Shown: positions 31,388 to 31,802 of the stretch, piece after piece
Position numbering within the stretch: position 1 is the stretch's first letter
Layout of the letters: every line of letters begins with the position of its first letter
Source of the DNA: Nocardioidaceae bacterium
Lineage (GTDB): Bacteria; Actinomycetota; Actinomycetes; Propionibacteriales; Nocardioidaceae
Length of the DNA stretch: 31,802 bases
Assembly: GCA_013696365.1 (NCBI GenBank)
Contig: JACCYS010000337.1
Coordinates: 1 to 31,802, forward strand
Direction of reading: 5' to 3'
Program-made: the position numbers and the translations under genes
The notes under the pieces: generated by a model
The model's database searches: none
Told to the model about the DNA's origin: nothing
The model's input: the letters and a program-made list of their open reading frames with translations, nothing else

Positions 31388-31441
31388 GTGGCGCAGAACG
31401 AGCGGGCAACAGCCCGCGGGGCGGCCATCTTGCGCCACTCG
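31385..31441. repeat. REP/REPIN-like inverted-repeat unit, right
   Basis: TGAGTGGCGCA at 31385-95 (includes the gene's TGA stop); inverted TCTTGCGCCACTCG at 31428-41. Confidence 0.85.
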
Positions 31442-31473
31442 CCGGGGCCTGGGCGGTCTGCCTCGAGGGGCTG

Positions 31474-31802
31474 TCAGTGGGCGAAGTGACGCACGCCGGT
31501 GAGGTACATCGTCACTCCGGCTGCCCGTACGGCTGCCGCCACCTCGTCGTCGCGAACCGACCCGCCCGGCTGCACCACCGCACGTACGCCGGCGTCGAGC
31601 AGCACCTGCACACCGTCGGCGAACGGGAAGAACGCGTCCGAGGCAGCCATCGAGCGCGCGGCCCGCGCACCGGCCCGGGACACCGCAAGCCGCGCGGCGT
31701 CGACCCGATTGACCTGCCCCATGCCGACGCCGACGGTCCCCCGATCCGCGGCCAGCACGATCGCATTCGACTTCACCGCCCGGCAGGCCCGCCAGGCAAA
31801 CT
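31474..31802 (-). CDS. purH: AICAR transformylase/IMP cyclohydrolase, 3' end (partial)
   Basis: [47 protein letters not shown]. Confidence 0.95.
   Translation of the reverse strand, partial: FAWRACRAVKSNAIVLAADRGTVGVGMGQVNRVDAARLAVSRAGARAARSMAASDAFFPFADGVQVLLDAGVRAVVQPGGSVRDDEVAAAVRAAGVTMYLTGVRHFAH

Overview
High-GC actinobacterial chromosome segment. The taxon is inferred from GC content, the purH-folD-DUF3017-mdh order and the 405-aa NADP-Icd. Housekeeping flanks are galK 3' end plus a tandem GNAT on the left, and MFS, 2H phosphoesterase, icd, YihY, mdh, DUF3017, folD and purH 3' end on the right. Between them lies a ~22 kb choline/glycine betaine catabolic block (1589-23395): betB-betA, a ProVWX-type ABC importer, a dimethylglycine-dehydrogenase-family flavoprotein coupled to etfBA, purU, two IclR regulators and metF. 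Most notable, the block holds a full modular corrinoid methyltransferase set (non-pyrrolysine MttB/MtgB-type MT1, corrinoid protein, pterin-binding MT2, [2Fe-2S]-ASKHA activator) exactly where the pathway lacks a betaine demethylase, in what otherwise looks like an aerobe. A family of 17-bp palindromes (GTTGC-N7-GCAAC, GTTCC-N7-GGAAC and one hybrid) marks the promoters of this block. A DUF559/AbiEi-like nuclease-fold gene between folD and purH is bracketed by two identically spaced inverted-repeat units (REPIN-like). Two genes are broken: a GH13 alpha-glucosidase (heptamer expansion plus internal deletion) and a 2H phosphoesterase (frameshift). All calls come from reading motifs by eye; no database searches were run.
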